IMG/VR virus record: IMGVR_UViG_3300012286_000299
Span: 1-45,276 of that record
Source: a virus
Taxonomy: Duplodnaviria > Heunggongvirae > Uroviricota > Caudoviricetes
Direction: 5' to 3' (one strand)
Length of the DNA stretch: 45,276 nt
Below are positions 29,926-38,950 of this stretch, piece after piece (the stretch's first letter is position 1; every line of letters starts with the position of its first letter). Both the position numbers and the translations under genes were made by a program. Below the pieces are notes generated by a model. It was not told where the DNA came from and did not search any database. It saw only the letters and a program-made list of their open reading frames with translations.

Positions 29926-30647
29926 AATTAACACCCTCACAAATAAGAGCTAAAATAGGTATGTTTCCTGTTAGATTTAAACAGGATCCTAAAATGACCT
30001 ATTATCTAAATAATGCTCAAAATAACGATTATGGGTTTTTTAAAGATAAAAATGACGTTACTAAAAAGAAATTTTTTAAAGATGTAATAAGTATTAATGG
30101 TAAAGAAGTTAAACTTAAATCTTCACTTGAAGAATTAAAAAAATTAATTAGAGAAGAAATTGAGGATTTAAAAGTTTCTGAACCATTAACATTTGAAGGT
30201 AATCCATTAGAATTTATTTTACAAAAATATCCATCTTTAAATGATACAATGATAGATTTATTAACTCCATCATTTAGAGATTATTTAACAGGAATTTTTA
30301 TAGTAGCTCCTAAACCTACCACATTCAGAGTATTATTACATAATAACCAAGAGTATTACTTAATATATGCTCCAGATGGTTATGTAGCTAAAATAGCAGG
30401 TAAAAAATATGATTTAAGAAATTTATCTGAAGAAGAGTACGCTATAAATTCAATTGCACAACTTTTAGAACTAGGAATCCCTCCAGCATCTGAAGGTCCT
30501 AATTCTCAAGTAGATAACCAAGCTGATTTACAAGGAGAAACACCTGAAACACCACCTGAAGAAACTACCCCTACTGAAGAGACTCCACCTGAAAATTTAG
30601 CAGAGTCAAAACTTCCTTTAAAAATAAAATTAATCCGAAAAAAATAA
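29919..30647 (+). CDS. Hypothetical modular protein
   Basis: Internal LEELKKLIREEIE motif; P/E/T-rich tail. Confidence 0.65.
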   Translation: MLELTPSQIRAKIGMFPVRFKQDPKMTYYLNNAQNNDYGFFKDKNDVTKKKFFKDVISINGKEVKLKSSLEELKKLIREEIEDLKVSEPLTFEGNPLEFILQKYPSLNDTMIDLLTPSFRDYLTGIFIVAPKPTTFRVLLHNNQEYYLIYAPDGYVAKIAGKKYDLRNLSEEEYAINSIAQLLELGIPPASEGPNSQVDNQADLQGETPETPPEETTPTEETPPENLAESKLPLKIKLIRKK

Positions 30648-30650
30648 AAA

Positions 30651-30686
30651 TAAGTTTGGCTCCCTAAAAGAGCCTTCTTATATTGT
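30651..30686 (+). promoter_or_regulatory. Host-type promoter with hairpin spacer (possibly also a terminator)
   Basis: TAAGTTTG GCTCCCTAAAAGAGCC TTCT TATATTGT; TTTG-N20-TATATT; GGCTC/GAGCC inverted repeat; near-copy at 32203. Confidence 0.6.
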
Positions 30687-30705
30687 ATAAATTTAACTGT
30701 ATGTT

Positions 30706-31491
30706 ATGAATAAATTTAATAAAAAAAGATTATTTTTTGATATCGAAACTAGTCCAAATGTTGGTTTCTTTTGGTCAGCAGGTTACAAATTAAATGTACC
30801 CTATAGCAATATTATCAAAGAAAGAGCAATCATTTGTATATGTTACAAATGGGAAGGTGAAGATAAAGTATATTCTTTACAATGGGATAAAGACCAAAAT
30901 GATAAAGAATTACTAGAAAAATTCATATCAGTAGCTAATGATGCTAAAGAATTAGTAGGTCATAATGGTGATAAATTTGATTTACCTTGGATTAGAACAC
31001 GTTGTTTATTTCATGGTATACCTTGTTTCCCTAATTATACTACAATTGATACTTTAAAACAAGCACGTTCTAAATTTAGATTTAATAGTAATCGTTTAGA
31101 TTATATAGCTCAATATTTAAATGTAGGTGAAAAATCTGAAACAGGAGGTTTTGATTTGTGGAAAGATATTGTATTAAACAATAGTCAAACTGCTATGAAA
31201 ACCATGGTTGAGTATTGTAAAAATGATGTTATAATTTTAGAAAAAGTATTCCAACATCTTAAAAATTATGTTCCTCATAAAACCCATTTTGGAGCTTTAG
31301 AAACAGGAGAAAAAACAACTTGTCCTGAATGTGGATCAGATGATTTAAGACATTCACAAACTCGTTATACAGCTGCTGGAACACCACGTGTACAAGTGCA
31401 ATGTAATGATTGTCACAAATACCATACTGTAGCTAATAGAACATATGAAGCTATAACTGTTAATCAATTACAAAAGAAAATTAAAGAATAA
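30706..31491 (+). CDS. DEDD/RNase H-like 3'-5' exonuclease with C-terminal Zn ribbon
   Basis: FFDIETS (ExoI), HNGDKFDLP (ExoII), YCKNDV (ExoIII); CPEC…CNDC. Confidence 0.88.
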   Translation: MNKFNKKRLFFDIETSPNVGFFWSAGYKLNVPYSNIIKERAIICICYKWEGEDKVYSLQWDKDQNDKELLEKFISVANDAKELVGHNGDKFDLPWIRTRCLFHGIPCFPNYTTIDTLKQARSKFRFNSNRLDYIAQYLNVGEKSETGGFDLWKDIVLNNSQTAMKTMVEYCKNDVIILEKVFQHLKNYVPHKTHFGALETGEKTTCPECGSDDLRHSQTRYTAAGTPRVQVQCNDCHKYHTVANRTYEAITVNQLQKKIKE

Positions 31492-31499
31492 TATTTATT
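31491..31499 (+). promoter_or_regulatory. Putative late promoter variant ATATTTATT
   Basis: In the 12-nt gap before ATG 31504. Confidence 0.4.
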
Positions 31500-31503
31500 T
31501 AAT

Positions 31504-31728
31504 ATGAAATTAAACGAATATCTTAAAGAAGTACAGGAAGTCCAAATTAAAGTTGGTGATGATTTTACCTTAAGAGGTGATATAGGTGTGTTTAAGAAAG
31601 GAGATACTGTTACTGTTACTAATAAAAAATTAGTAGGTAATGATATTGAACTAACTTTATCAAATGATAAAGGTAAAGAAGACAAGTTTTATTTAGATAA
31701 AAATGATGACTTTGAAGAATTAGGATAA
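31504..31728 (+). CDS. Small hypothetical beta-rich (SH3-like) protein
   Basis: MKLNEYLKEVQE leader then IKVGD…KKGDTVTV. Confidence 0.6.
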   Translation: MKLNEYLKEVQEVQIKVGDDFTLRGDIGVFKKGDTVTVTNKKLVGNDIELTLSNDKGKEDKFYLDKNDDFEELG

Positions 31729-32186
31729 TGAAAAAATCAATATTAAAAGAAATTTTTAAAGAAGGATTAAGAAAGCTTTTTGAAGCTGAACCCGATCCTA
31801 ATACTGAACCTGAACTTAATATAGGAGACAAAATAGAACCAGAACCAGAAGCTGAACCAACACCAGAACCTGATAAACCTGAATCTGAAATACCTAAAGA
31901 ACAACCCCTTCAAAATATTTCAAAACAAGAAGCTGCTCAAAAGATAAGAGAAACTAAAGGAAGAATGTTCACTGTTACTTTTATTAAAAAATCTAATGGT
32001 GAGAAAAGAGTAATGAATGCTCGTTTAGGTGTTAAAGCATATTTAAGAGGAGGAGTACTTCCATATGACCCCAATACCAAAGGATTAATACCTTGCTATG
32101 ATGTTCAGACTAAAGATTATAGGATGATTAACATTCAAGGCATAGTTAATCTAAAAACCGGTGGAATTGAATATAACGTAATATAA
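31728..32186 (+). CDS. Hypothetical protein with C-terminal Sm/WYL_2-like beta-barrel
   Basis: Leader ILKEIFKEGLRKLFE, PE-rich linker, then FTVTFIKKSNGEKRVMNA…YDVQTKDYRMIN. Confidence 0.6.
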   Translation: MKKSILKEIFKEGLRKLFEAEPDPNTEPELNIGDKIEPEPEAEPTPEPDKPESEIPKEQPLQNISKQEAAQKIRETKGRMFTVTFIKKSNGEKRVMNARLGVKAYLRGGVLPYDPNTKGLIPCYDVQTKDYRMINIQGIVNLKTGGIEYNVI

Positions 32187-32202
32187 AAAACAAACTAATC
32201 AA

Positions 32203-32238
32203 TAAGTTTGGCTCCTAATAGGAGCCTTCTTATATTTA
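32203..32238 (+). promoter_or_regulatory. Host-type promoter with hairpin spacer
   Basis: TAAGTTTG GCTCCTAATAGGAGCC TTCT TATATTTA; TTTG-N20-TATATT; GGCTCC/GGAGCC inverted repeat. Confidence 0.6.
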
Positions 32239-32257
32239 AGAATTAAAAATTTATAAA

Positions 32258-33574
32258 ATGAGTAAGAATATTGTAATTGTAGGAGCCGGAGTAGCAGGTA
32301 TTAATGCGGCAACTAAATTAATAGACAATAAATTTGATGGTAAAATTACCATTATAGATATGGGGAAAGATCCTCATAAAAGATTACCAAGTGAAGTAAT
32401 GACTGGAATGTTAGGTGCAGGAGGTTGGTCAGATGGTAAATTAACTTACCATACAGCTATTGGTGGTCAATTAAAAAAATATTGTGGTGAAGATAAAGCC
32501 ATGAAATTAATGGATGAGGTTATTACTAATTTTAAACGTTTTCACCCTAAACCTGAAGAAGTACAATGTTCAAACCCTGATGCTGAACCTGACTTTATTA
32601 AACCTTACTTTGGTTTACGTTTGTTTCCTGTATGGCACGTTGGAACTGATTATCTATTAGAAATTGCTAAAAATTGGTATCAATATTTAATTGATAATGG
32701 AGTTGATTTTAGATGGGAAACTAAAGTAACATCTATTGACTTTGAAAACAGTTATGTATCATGTGATATTTTAAATAATGAATTAGGCTTCCAGTTAAAT
32801 TATGATGAACTTATCTTTGCAGTAGGTAAATCAGGTATTGATTTTGGTAAACAATTAGCAGACCAATATGAATTACCAACAGAACCTAAATCAGTACAAA
32901 TAGGTGTTCGTTTTGAAGCTCCACAAGAACACTTTCAAAAATTAATTGATATTAGTTACGATTTCAAATTATATAGAAAATTTGATGATAAAGGAGTATC
33001 ACTACGTTCATTCTGTACTAATAATAATGCTGCTTATGTTGCTGTAGAAGAAACATATGGGAATTATACTTATAATGGTCATGCTAAAAAGGATGAAAAG
33101 TATAGAAACAATATGACTAACTTCGGTATTATAATGGAGTTAAATGGTATTGAAAACCCATTTGAATGGAGTAGAGATGTCGTAAAACAACTACAATCAA
33201 TTGATGATAAAGGTTTATATTATTCACCTTCAAGAAAACCTTCATTAACTTCAGAAGGTGAACTTGTGGATGCTTTTCAAATAACAGATACTGATATGAT
33301 TAGTGTAAGAAAAACATTCCAAGGTTACTTCAATTATATTGATGAATTTATTGAGGATATGAAAAAAGTATTCCCAACATTAAAAGATGATTGGGGTATT
33401 TACATACCTGAAGTAAAATACTTATCACCTGAACCACTCGTTGATTATACCAACTTAGCCCTGACCAAGTATCCTAACGTACATTTTGTTGGTGATGCAC
33501 TTTCCGCTAGAGGTATAACAGTGAGTGGTGCACAAGGTATATATGTCGCAGAAGACATTTTGAAATTTAATTAA
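32258..33574 (+). CDS. FAD-dependent oxidoreductase (NAD(P)/FAD-dependent dehydrogenase family)
   Basis: IVIVGAGVAG Rossmann motif, GAGGWSDGKL, FAVGKSG, IGVRFE, RSFCTN, HFVGD. Confidence 0.88.
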   Translation: MSKNIVIVGAGVAGINAATKLIDNKFDGKITIIDMGKDPHKRLPSEVMTGMLGAGGWSDGKLTYHTAIGGQLKKYCGEDKAMKLMDEVITNFKRFHPKPEEVQCSNPDAEPDFIKPYFGLRLFPVWHVGTDYLLEIAKNWYQYLIDNGVDFRWETKVTSIDFENSYVSCDILNNELGFQLNYDELIFAVGKSGIDFGKQLADQYELPTEPKSVQIGVRFEAPQEHFQKLIDISYDFKLYRKFDDKGVSLRSFCTNNNAAYVAVEETYGNYTYNGHAKKDEKYRNNMTNFGIIMELNGIENPFEWSRDVVKQLQSIDDKGLYYSPSRKPSLTSEGELVDAFQITDTDMISVRKTFQGYFNYIDEFIEDMKKVFPTLKDDWGIYIPEVKYLSPEPLVDYTNLALTKYPNVHFVGDALSARGITVSGAQGIYVAEDILKFN

Positions 33575-33587
33575 AATTTCGTACATT

Positions 33588-33830
33588 ATGGAAAATAAAG
33601 ATTATAAAACTAGAACACTTACTTCTACCGATGGTAGAACAATCACATATTTTGATGGTAAATTACATAATTGGGATGGACCCGCATTAAAATATGCTAA
33701 AGGATTAAAGAAAAAAGACGAATATTATTTATATGGTTTTCAATACTCTAAAGAAGAGTGGATTGAAGCGCGTAAAGATAGAAATGGAGTACCACCAGAT
33801 AAAAACCCACAAGTAAAATCAAGATTTTAA
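33588..33830 (+). CDS. Small protein with one 'GKLHxxDGPA' repeat unit
   Basis: DGKLHNWDGPA…EYYLYG. Confidence 0.7.
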   Translation: MENKDYKTRTLTSTDGRTITYFDGKLHNWDGPALKYAKGLKKKDEYYLYGFQYSKEEWIEARKDRNGVPPDKNPQVKSRF

Positions 33831-33831
33831 T

Positions 33832-34362
33832 ATGAAAATAGGTTTATGTGGCACAGTAAGTGTCGGAAAAACAACATTAGTAAATACTTTAAAAGAACTA
33901 CCACAATTTAAAGATTATAATTTTGCTACTGAACGTAGTAAATATTTAAGAGATTTAGGTATTCCTTTAAATACAGATTCTACATTAAAAGGTCAAACTG
34001 TATTTTTATCAGAACGTTGTGCTGAATTAATGAATGAAAATATAATTACTGATAGAACCATTATTGATGTAATGGCTTTTACAAGTGCTGCTAAATCTAT
34101 AAATGAAGCAGATAAAATTTCATATGAAGAATACGCTCGTAATTTTATTAATGAATATGATTATATTTTTTATGTTTCACCTGAAGGAGTAGAGATAGAA
34201 AACAATGGTGTGCGTGAAACTAATGCTGAATATAGAGATTTAATTGATTTTACTATTAGAGGATTATTAGTATCTTATAGTCATAGAATTAAAAAATATA
34301 AAAGAATATCAGGTACAACTGATGAACGAATTAAACAAATAATAGAAACCCTTTCTTTATAA
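33832..34362 (+). CDS. P-loop ATPase/kinase (NadR-like, AAA_28)
   Basis: KIGLCGTVSVGKTT Walker A, ITDRTIID, YDYIFY, ENNGVR. Confidence 0.85.
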   Translation: MKIGLCGTVSVGKTTLVNTLKELPQFKDYNFATERSKYLRDLGIPLNTDSTLKGQTVFLSERCAELMNENIITDRTIIDVMAFTSAAKSINEADKISYEEYARNFINEYDYIFYVSPEGVEIENNGVRETNAEYRDLIDFTIRGLLVSYSHRIKKYKRISGTTDERIKQIIETLSL

Positions 34363-34370
34363 TATTTATA
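34362..34370 (+). promoter_or_regulatory. Putative late promoter ATATTTATA
   Basis: Intergenic, before ATG 34402. Confidence 0.6.
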
Positions 34371-34401
34371 TCAAAATACTAAACTAAAAACATTAAATAA
34401 A

Positions 34402-35325
34402 ATGAATTTTAACGACAATTTTGATTTAAAGAAAGCTAAATCTTTCCTATTAACTGAAAATTTCCAAGTAGATGAAACAGAAAATTTGGAAGAAATGGCC
34501 CAAATAACAGGGGCTTTAAAAGCTGCTATTGAAGACGTTATAGAAACTAACCCTGAATTAAATGGATTAGCATTAAAAAAAGCAATTAGAAGTAATGCTG
34601 ATGTAATGGATGCTTTAGCTGGTGATGATTTATATGATAATCAATTAAATAGATTCATTTCATTAAGTAAAGGTGAAAGAGAAAATCAACCTAGAGGTAG
34701 AAAAGCTGGAGTACCTAATGCTACTAAAGGTGAAGAATCATCTGAAGAAGAATATGAAGATCCAAACCAATTAAAAATGGATCTAGAAGAAATGGCCAAA
34801 ATATCAGGTGATTTAAAAGCTGCAATTGAAGATGTTATTGATTCAAATCCTGAATTAGAAGGTTTAGCATTAAAAAAAGCAATCAAAGCTGATTCATCAG
34901 TTCAAAGCGCTTTAGCTGGAGACGACTTATATGACAATCAATTAAATAAATTTATAGCATTAACTAAAGGCGAAAGAACTCTACAACAAAGAGGTAGAAA
35001 ATCAGGTACACCTAATGCTACTAAAAGTGTTACCTCTACAGAAGATGATATAGAAGTAGAAGATCCAAACCAATTAAAAATGGATTTTAACACAAAACCA
35101 GAAACTATTAAAATAAAAACTTCTTCATCTACTTCAAAACCTATGGCTCCTGCTGCCCCTGCTGCACCTGCTAAAGAAAGAGATTTAGCTCAAGAAATAA
35201 AAGATACTGAAGCTGAATTAAAAGTAGCAGGTTCAAAAGCTATTAAATCTGGTGATGCTAAAGATATGGCTAAAGCTAAAGAATTAACTGCTAAGTTAAA
35301 AGCTTTAAGAGCTGAGGTAAAATAA
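34402..35325 (+). CDS. Hypothetical protein with two tandem ~99-aa repeats
   Basis: LEEMA…ALKKAI…LAGDDLYDNQLN…RGRK…EDPNQLKMD occurs twice. Confidence 0.8.
   Translation: MNFNDNFDLKKAKSFLLTENFQVDETENLEEMAQITGALKAAIEDVIETNPELNGLALKKAIRSNADVMDALAGDDLYDNQLNRFISLSKGERENQPRGRKAGVPNATKGEESSEEEYEDPNQLKMDLEEMAKISGDLKAAIEDVIDSNPELEGLALKKAIKADSSVQSALAGDDLYDNQLNKFIALTKGERTLQQRGRKSGTPNATKSVTSTEDDIEVEDPNQLKMDFNTKPETIKIKTSSSTSKPMAPAAPAAPAKERDLAQEIKDTEAELKVAGSKAIKSGDAKDMAKAKELTAKLKALRAEVK
34486..35085 (+). repeat. Intragenic tandem duplication, period ~297 bp
   Basis: Units begin at 34486 (ttggaagaaatggcc) and 34783 (ctagaagaaatggcc); many synonymous differences. Confidence 0.9.
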
Positions 35326-35343
35326 TACCCATGAACTTTAGTT

Positions 35344-36948
35344 ATGTCTGAAAATCAATCACAACTTCCTTTAAAGGAAATTATAAAACAAGAATGGGTC
35401 CGCTGCGCGCAGGACCCAGTCTATTTTATGAAAAAATATTATTGGATTCAACACCCACAAAGAGGTAGAATTCAATTTAATTTATACCCATTCCAAGAAA
35501 AAGTATTACAACAAATTCAAAAGAATGAGTATACTATTATTAACAAATCAAGACAGTTAGGTATATCAACATTAGCATCAGCTTATGCTTTATGGTTAAT
35601 GTTATTTAATAAAGATAAAAATATACTTTGTATAGCCACTAAGCAAGAAACTGCTAAAAATATGGTTACTAAAGTACGTTTTGCTTATGATAATTTACCT
35701 AAATGGATGAAATCAGGTGAAAAACCTGCTGAAAATAATAAATTATCACTTAAATTAAATAATGGTTCTCAAATTAAAGCCGTTGGTGCAACAGCAGATG
35801 CTGGTAGATCTGAAGCCGTTTCTTTTCTTATTATTGATGAGGCAGCGTTTATTGAAGGAATTGATGAGATATTTGCATCAGCTCAACAAACATTAGCAAC
35901 TGGAGGACAATGTTTAGCATTATCTACGCCTTATGGTACAGGTAACTGGTTTCATAAATCCTTTACTAAAGCTCAAGCTAAAGAAAATAAATTTGTCCCT
36001 TTAAGATTGCCTTGGACAGTACATCCTGAACGAGATCAAACATGGAGAGATGCACAAGATGAAATTTTAGGACTTAGACACGCTGCACAAGAATGTGATT
36101 GTGATTTTAGTACATCAGGGGATACTGTTATTGAACCTGATATGCTTAATTTCTTAGAATCTACTTTTGTAGCAGAACCTATTGAAAGAAGAGGAATAGA
36201 TGGATCTTTATGGATATGGGAATTACCAGATTATTCTAAATCCTATATGGTAGTAGCCGACGTTGCCAGAGGTGATGGAAGTGATTATTCTGCTTTTCAT
36301 ATTTTTGATATAGCTGAAGCTAAACAAGTAGCTGAATTTAAATCTCAAGTAACCACTAAGGATTATGCTCATATTTTATTTTCAATAGCTACTGAGTATA
36401 ATGATGCTTTATTAGTAGTAGAAAATGCTAATATAGGTTGGAGTGTATTAGAACAATTAATAGATAGAAATTATAGAAATTTATATTATTCTTCTAAAGC
36501 TGATACAACAATGGGAGCTAATGAAAATCAATTAGCAAGAATGGAAAATGGCCAAGGAATGCTTCCTGGTTTTACTACATCAATGAAGACAAGACCACTT
36601 TGCATTTCAAAATTAGTTTCGTACATTCAAGAAAAATCAGTTACAATACAATCCAAAAGATTATTAGATGAATTAAGAACTTTTGTATGGAAAAATGGTA
36701 AGGCTCAATCTCAAAATGGATACAATGATGATTTAGTAATGGCATTTAGTATTGGTTTATTTTTACGTGATACAGCACTTCGTTTTAGACAACAAGGTTT
36801 AGATTTAACTAGAGCTACTTTAGGAAGTTTTCATATTTCTAATCAACAAGCTCCAAGTGTATTTTCATATAATAATAACGCAGATAACCCTTATAAAATG
36901 GATAATGGGGTAGGAGGAACTGAAGACTTCAGTTGGCTTCTTGGTTAA
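35344..36948 (+). CDS. terL: Terminase large subunit (T4 gp17-like)
   Basis: LYPFQ, KSRQLGIST (Walker A), LIIDEAAF (Walker B), STPYG, ADVARG, DDLVMA. Confidence 0.96.
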   Translation: MSENQSQLPLKEIIKQEWVRCAQDPVYFMKKYYWIQHPQRGRIQFNLYPFQEKVLQQIQKNEYTIINKSRQLGISTLASAYALWLMLFNKDKNILCIATKQETAKNMVTKVRFAYDNLPKWMKSGEKPAENNKLSLKLNNGSQIKAVGATADAGRSEAVSFLIIDEAAFIEGIDEIFASAQQTLATGGQCLALSTPYGTGNWFHKSFTKAQAKENKFVPLRLPWTVHPERDQTWRDAQDEILGLRHAAQECDCDFSTSGDTVIEPDMLNFLESTFVAEPIERRGIDGSLWIWELPDYSKSYMVVADVARGDGSDYSAFHIFDIAEAKQVAEFKSQVTTKDYAHILFSIATEYNDALLVVENANIGWSVLEQLIDRNYRNLYYSSKADTTMGANENQLARMENGQGMLPGFTTSMKTRPLCISKLVSYIQEKSVTIQSKRLLDELRTFVWKNGKAQSQNGYNDDLVMAFSIGLFLRDTALRFRQQGLDLTRATLGSFHISNQQAPSVFSYNNNADNPYKMDNGVGGTEDFSWLLG

Positions 36949-36955
36949 AATCCAA

Positions 36956-36964
36956 ATATTTATA
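36956..36964 (+). promoter_or_regulatory. Putative late promoter ATATTTATA
   Basis: Between terminase and portal. Confidence 0.6.
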
Positions 36965-36980
36965 ATTATAATAGAATTTT

Positions 36981-38909
36981 ATGGTAGATACTTCATTTTT
37001 TGGTAGATTACAACGATTATTTTCAACTGACGTCATAATAAGAAACGTTGGAGGTAATCAATTAAAAGTAATGGATACAGATCGTATCCAACAACTTGGT
37101 ACTATCCAAACAAACTCACTTTACGACAGATATAATAAGGTTTATACTACTACAGGTGGGTTAAATTTTAATTATAATAATGATTTATCATATCCTACTA
37201 CACGTATTCAATTATATACTGACTATGAGTTAATGGATAGTGATTCTATTATTGCTTCTACATTAGATATATTAGCAGATGAAACCTGTTTAAGAAATGA
37301 CTTAGGGGAAGTATTACAAATACGTTCTTCAGATGAAACTATACAAAAAATATTATATAACTTATTTTATGACGTATTAAATATTGAGTTTAACCTTTGG
37401 TCTTGGGCTCGTAATATGTGTAAATATGGTGATTTTTATCTTAAATTAGAAATTTCAGAAAAATTTGGTGTTTATAATGTAATACCATTTTCTTCTTATT
37501 CTATTATTAGATTAGAAGGTAAAAATCCTGCTAAACCACAAGAAGTAAAATTCAAATATGATCCTACTTTCTCATCTCAACAATCACCATTAGGCCCACA
37601 AGTTATTTCTAATTACAATCGTAATACTAATGAGGGTATAATTTTTGATAATTATGAAATGGCTCACTTCAGATTATTATCTGATTTTAATTATTTACCT
37701 TATGGTAGATCTTATATTGAACCTGCTCGTAAAATATTTAAACAATTAACTTTAATGGAAGATGCGATGTTAATACATCGTATTGTAAGAGCACCTGAAA
37801 AACGTACATTCTTTATTAATGTTGGTAATATTCCACCTAACGAGGTAGAAAATTATATGCAAAAGACTATCAACAAAATGAAGAAAACACCTTACATGGA
37901 TCCCCAAACAGGTGAATACAACTTAAAATATAATATGCAAAACATCCTTGAGGATTTTTATATCCCAGTAAGAGGTGGAGATGCAACTACTAGAATTGAG
38001 ACTACAAAAGGGTTAGAATATACTGCTATTGAAGATGTTCAATATTTAAGAGATAAATTATTTGCAGCTCTTAAAGTACCAAAAGCTTATTTTGGGTTTG
38101 AAAAAGATTTAACAGGTAAAGCAACATTAGCAGCTGAAGATATTCGTTTTGCAAGAACAGTAGAAAGAATTCAAAGAATATTAATATCCGAATTAACTAA
38201 AATTGCATTAGTTCATTTATATTCACAAGGATATGATGGTGAATCATTAACTAATTTTGAATTATCATTAACAGTTCCTTCAATCATATACGAACAAGAA
38301 AAAATAGCTTTATTAAAAGAAAAATCTACATTAGCTACTGAATTATTACAAAATAAAATTGTTCCTACTGATTGGGTTTATGATCATATTTTCCACTTTA
38401 GTGAAGATCAATTTGATGAATATAGAGATTTAATACTTGAAGATGCTAAACGTAAATTCAGAATAGATCAAATTGAAACAGAGGGTAATGACCCTTATAA
38501 AACAGGTGAGGCATATGGTACTCCACATGCATTAGCATCACTTTATGGTGCTAGTAGATATCCAGGTACAGATGGTGTACCTAAAGGATATGATGAAGAT
38601 AAATTAGCTTATCCTGATCAAGTATTAGGTAGACCTAAAGAAAGATCATCTGATATTAATACTCAAGATAGTGCATTTGGTAAAGATCGATTAGGTAGAG
38701 TTGGAATGCGTAAAGATGATTCTGAGTCTAAAGGATTTAAAACTGCTTATAAAGGTGGTTCTCCATTAGCATTAGAAAATGTAACAACACAGGCTATCTA
38801 TCACCAAATTTCGGGTAATTTAAAATCTATGTTCCCTCAACGTAAAATAAATTTATTTGAGGAAAGTGATTTATTAAATGAAGATAACCTTTTAAAGGAA
38901 GATAAATAA
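36981..38909 (+). CDS. gp20: Portal protein (T4 gp20-like)
   Basis: LMEDAMLIHRIVRAPEKRTFFINVGNIP, EDFYIPVRGG, LFAALKVPK. Confidence 0.96.
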   Translation: MVDTSFFGRLQRLFSTDVIIRNVGGNQLKVMDTDRIQQLGTIQTNSLYDRYNKVYTTTGGLNFNYNNDLSYPTTRIQLYTDYELMDSDSIIASTLDILADETCLRNDLGEVLQIRSSDETIQKILYNLFYDVLNIEFNLWSWARNMCKYGDFYLKLEISEKFGVYNVIPFSSYSIIRLEGKNPAKPQEVKFKYDPTFSSQQSPLGPQVISNYNRNTNEGIIFDNYEMAHFRLLSDFNYLPYGRSYIEPARKIFKQLTLMEDAMLIHRIVRAPEKRTFFINVGNIPPNEVENYMQKTINKMKKTPYMDPQTGEYNLKYNMQNILEDFYIPVRGGDATTRIETTKGLEYTAIEDVQYLRDKLFAALKVPKAYFGFEKDLTGKATLAAEDIRFARTVERIQRILISELTKIALVHLYSQGYDGESLTNFELSLTVPSIIYEQEKIALLKEKSTLATELLQNKIVPTDWVYDHIFHFSEDQFDEYRDLILEDAKRKFRIDQIETEGNDPYKTGEAYGTPHALASLYGASRYPGTDGVPKGYDEDKLAYPDQVLGRPKERSSDINTQDSAFGKDRLGRVGMRKDDSESKGFKTAYKGGSPLALENVTTQAIYHQISGNLKSMFPQRKINLFEESDLLNEDNLLKEDK

Positions 38910-38914
38910 AATTA

Positions 38915-38923
38915 ATATTTATA
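38915..38923 (+). promoter_or_regulatory. Putative late promoter ATATTTATA
   Basis: Intergenic, before ATG 38951. Confidence 0.6.
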
Positions 38924-38950
38924 ATTAGTAGTTAACTATATATTGAATAA

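Noticed and set aside
4058-34886. Minus-strand ORFs (4058, 4467, 4802, 24704, 25812, 29100, 29119, 29404, 31464, 31619, 34686)
   Set aside because: All overlap well-supported + strand genes and show no motifs; likely antisense shadows.
35344-38909. Introns or inteins in terminase/portal
   Set aside because: The ORFs are continuous, of ordinary length, and have no intein motifs.
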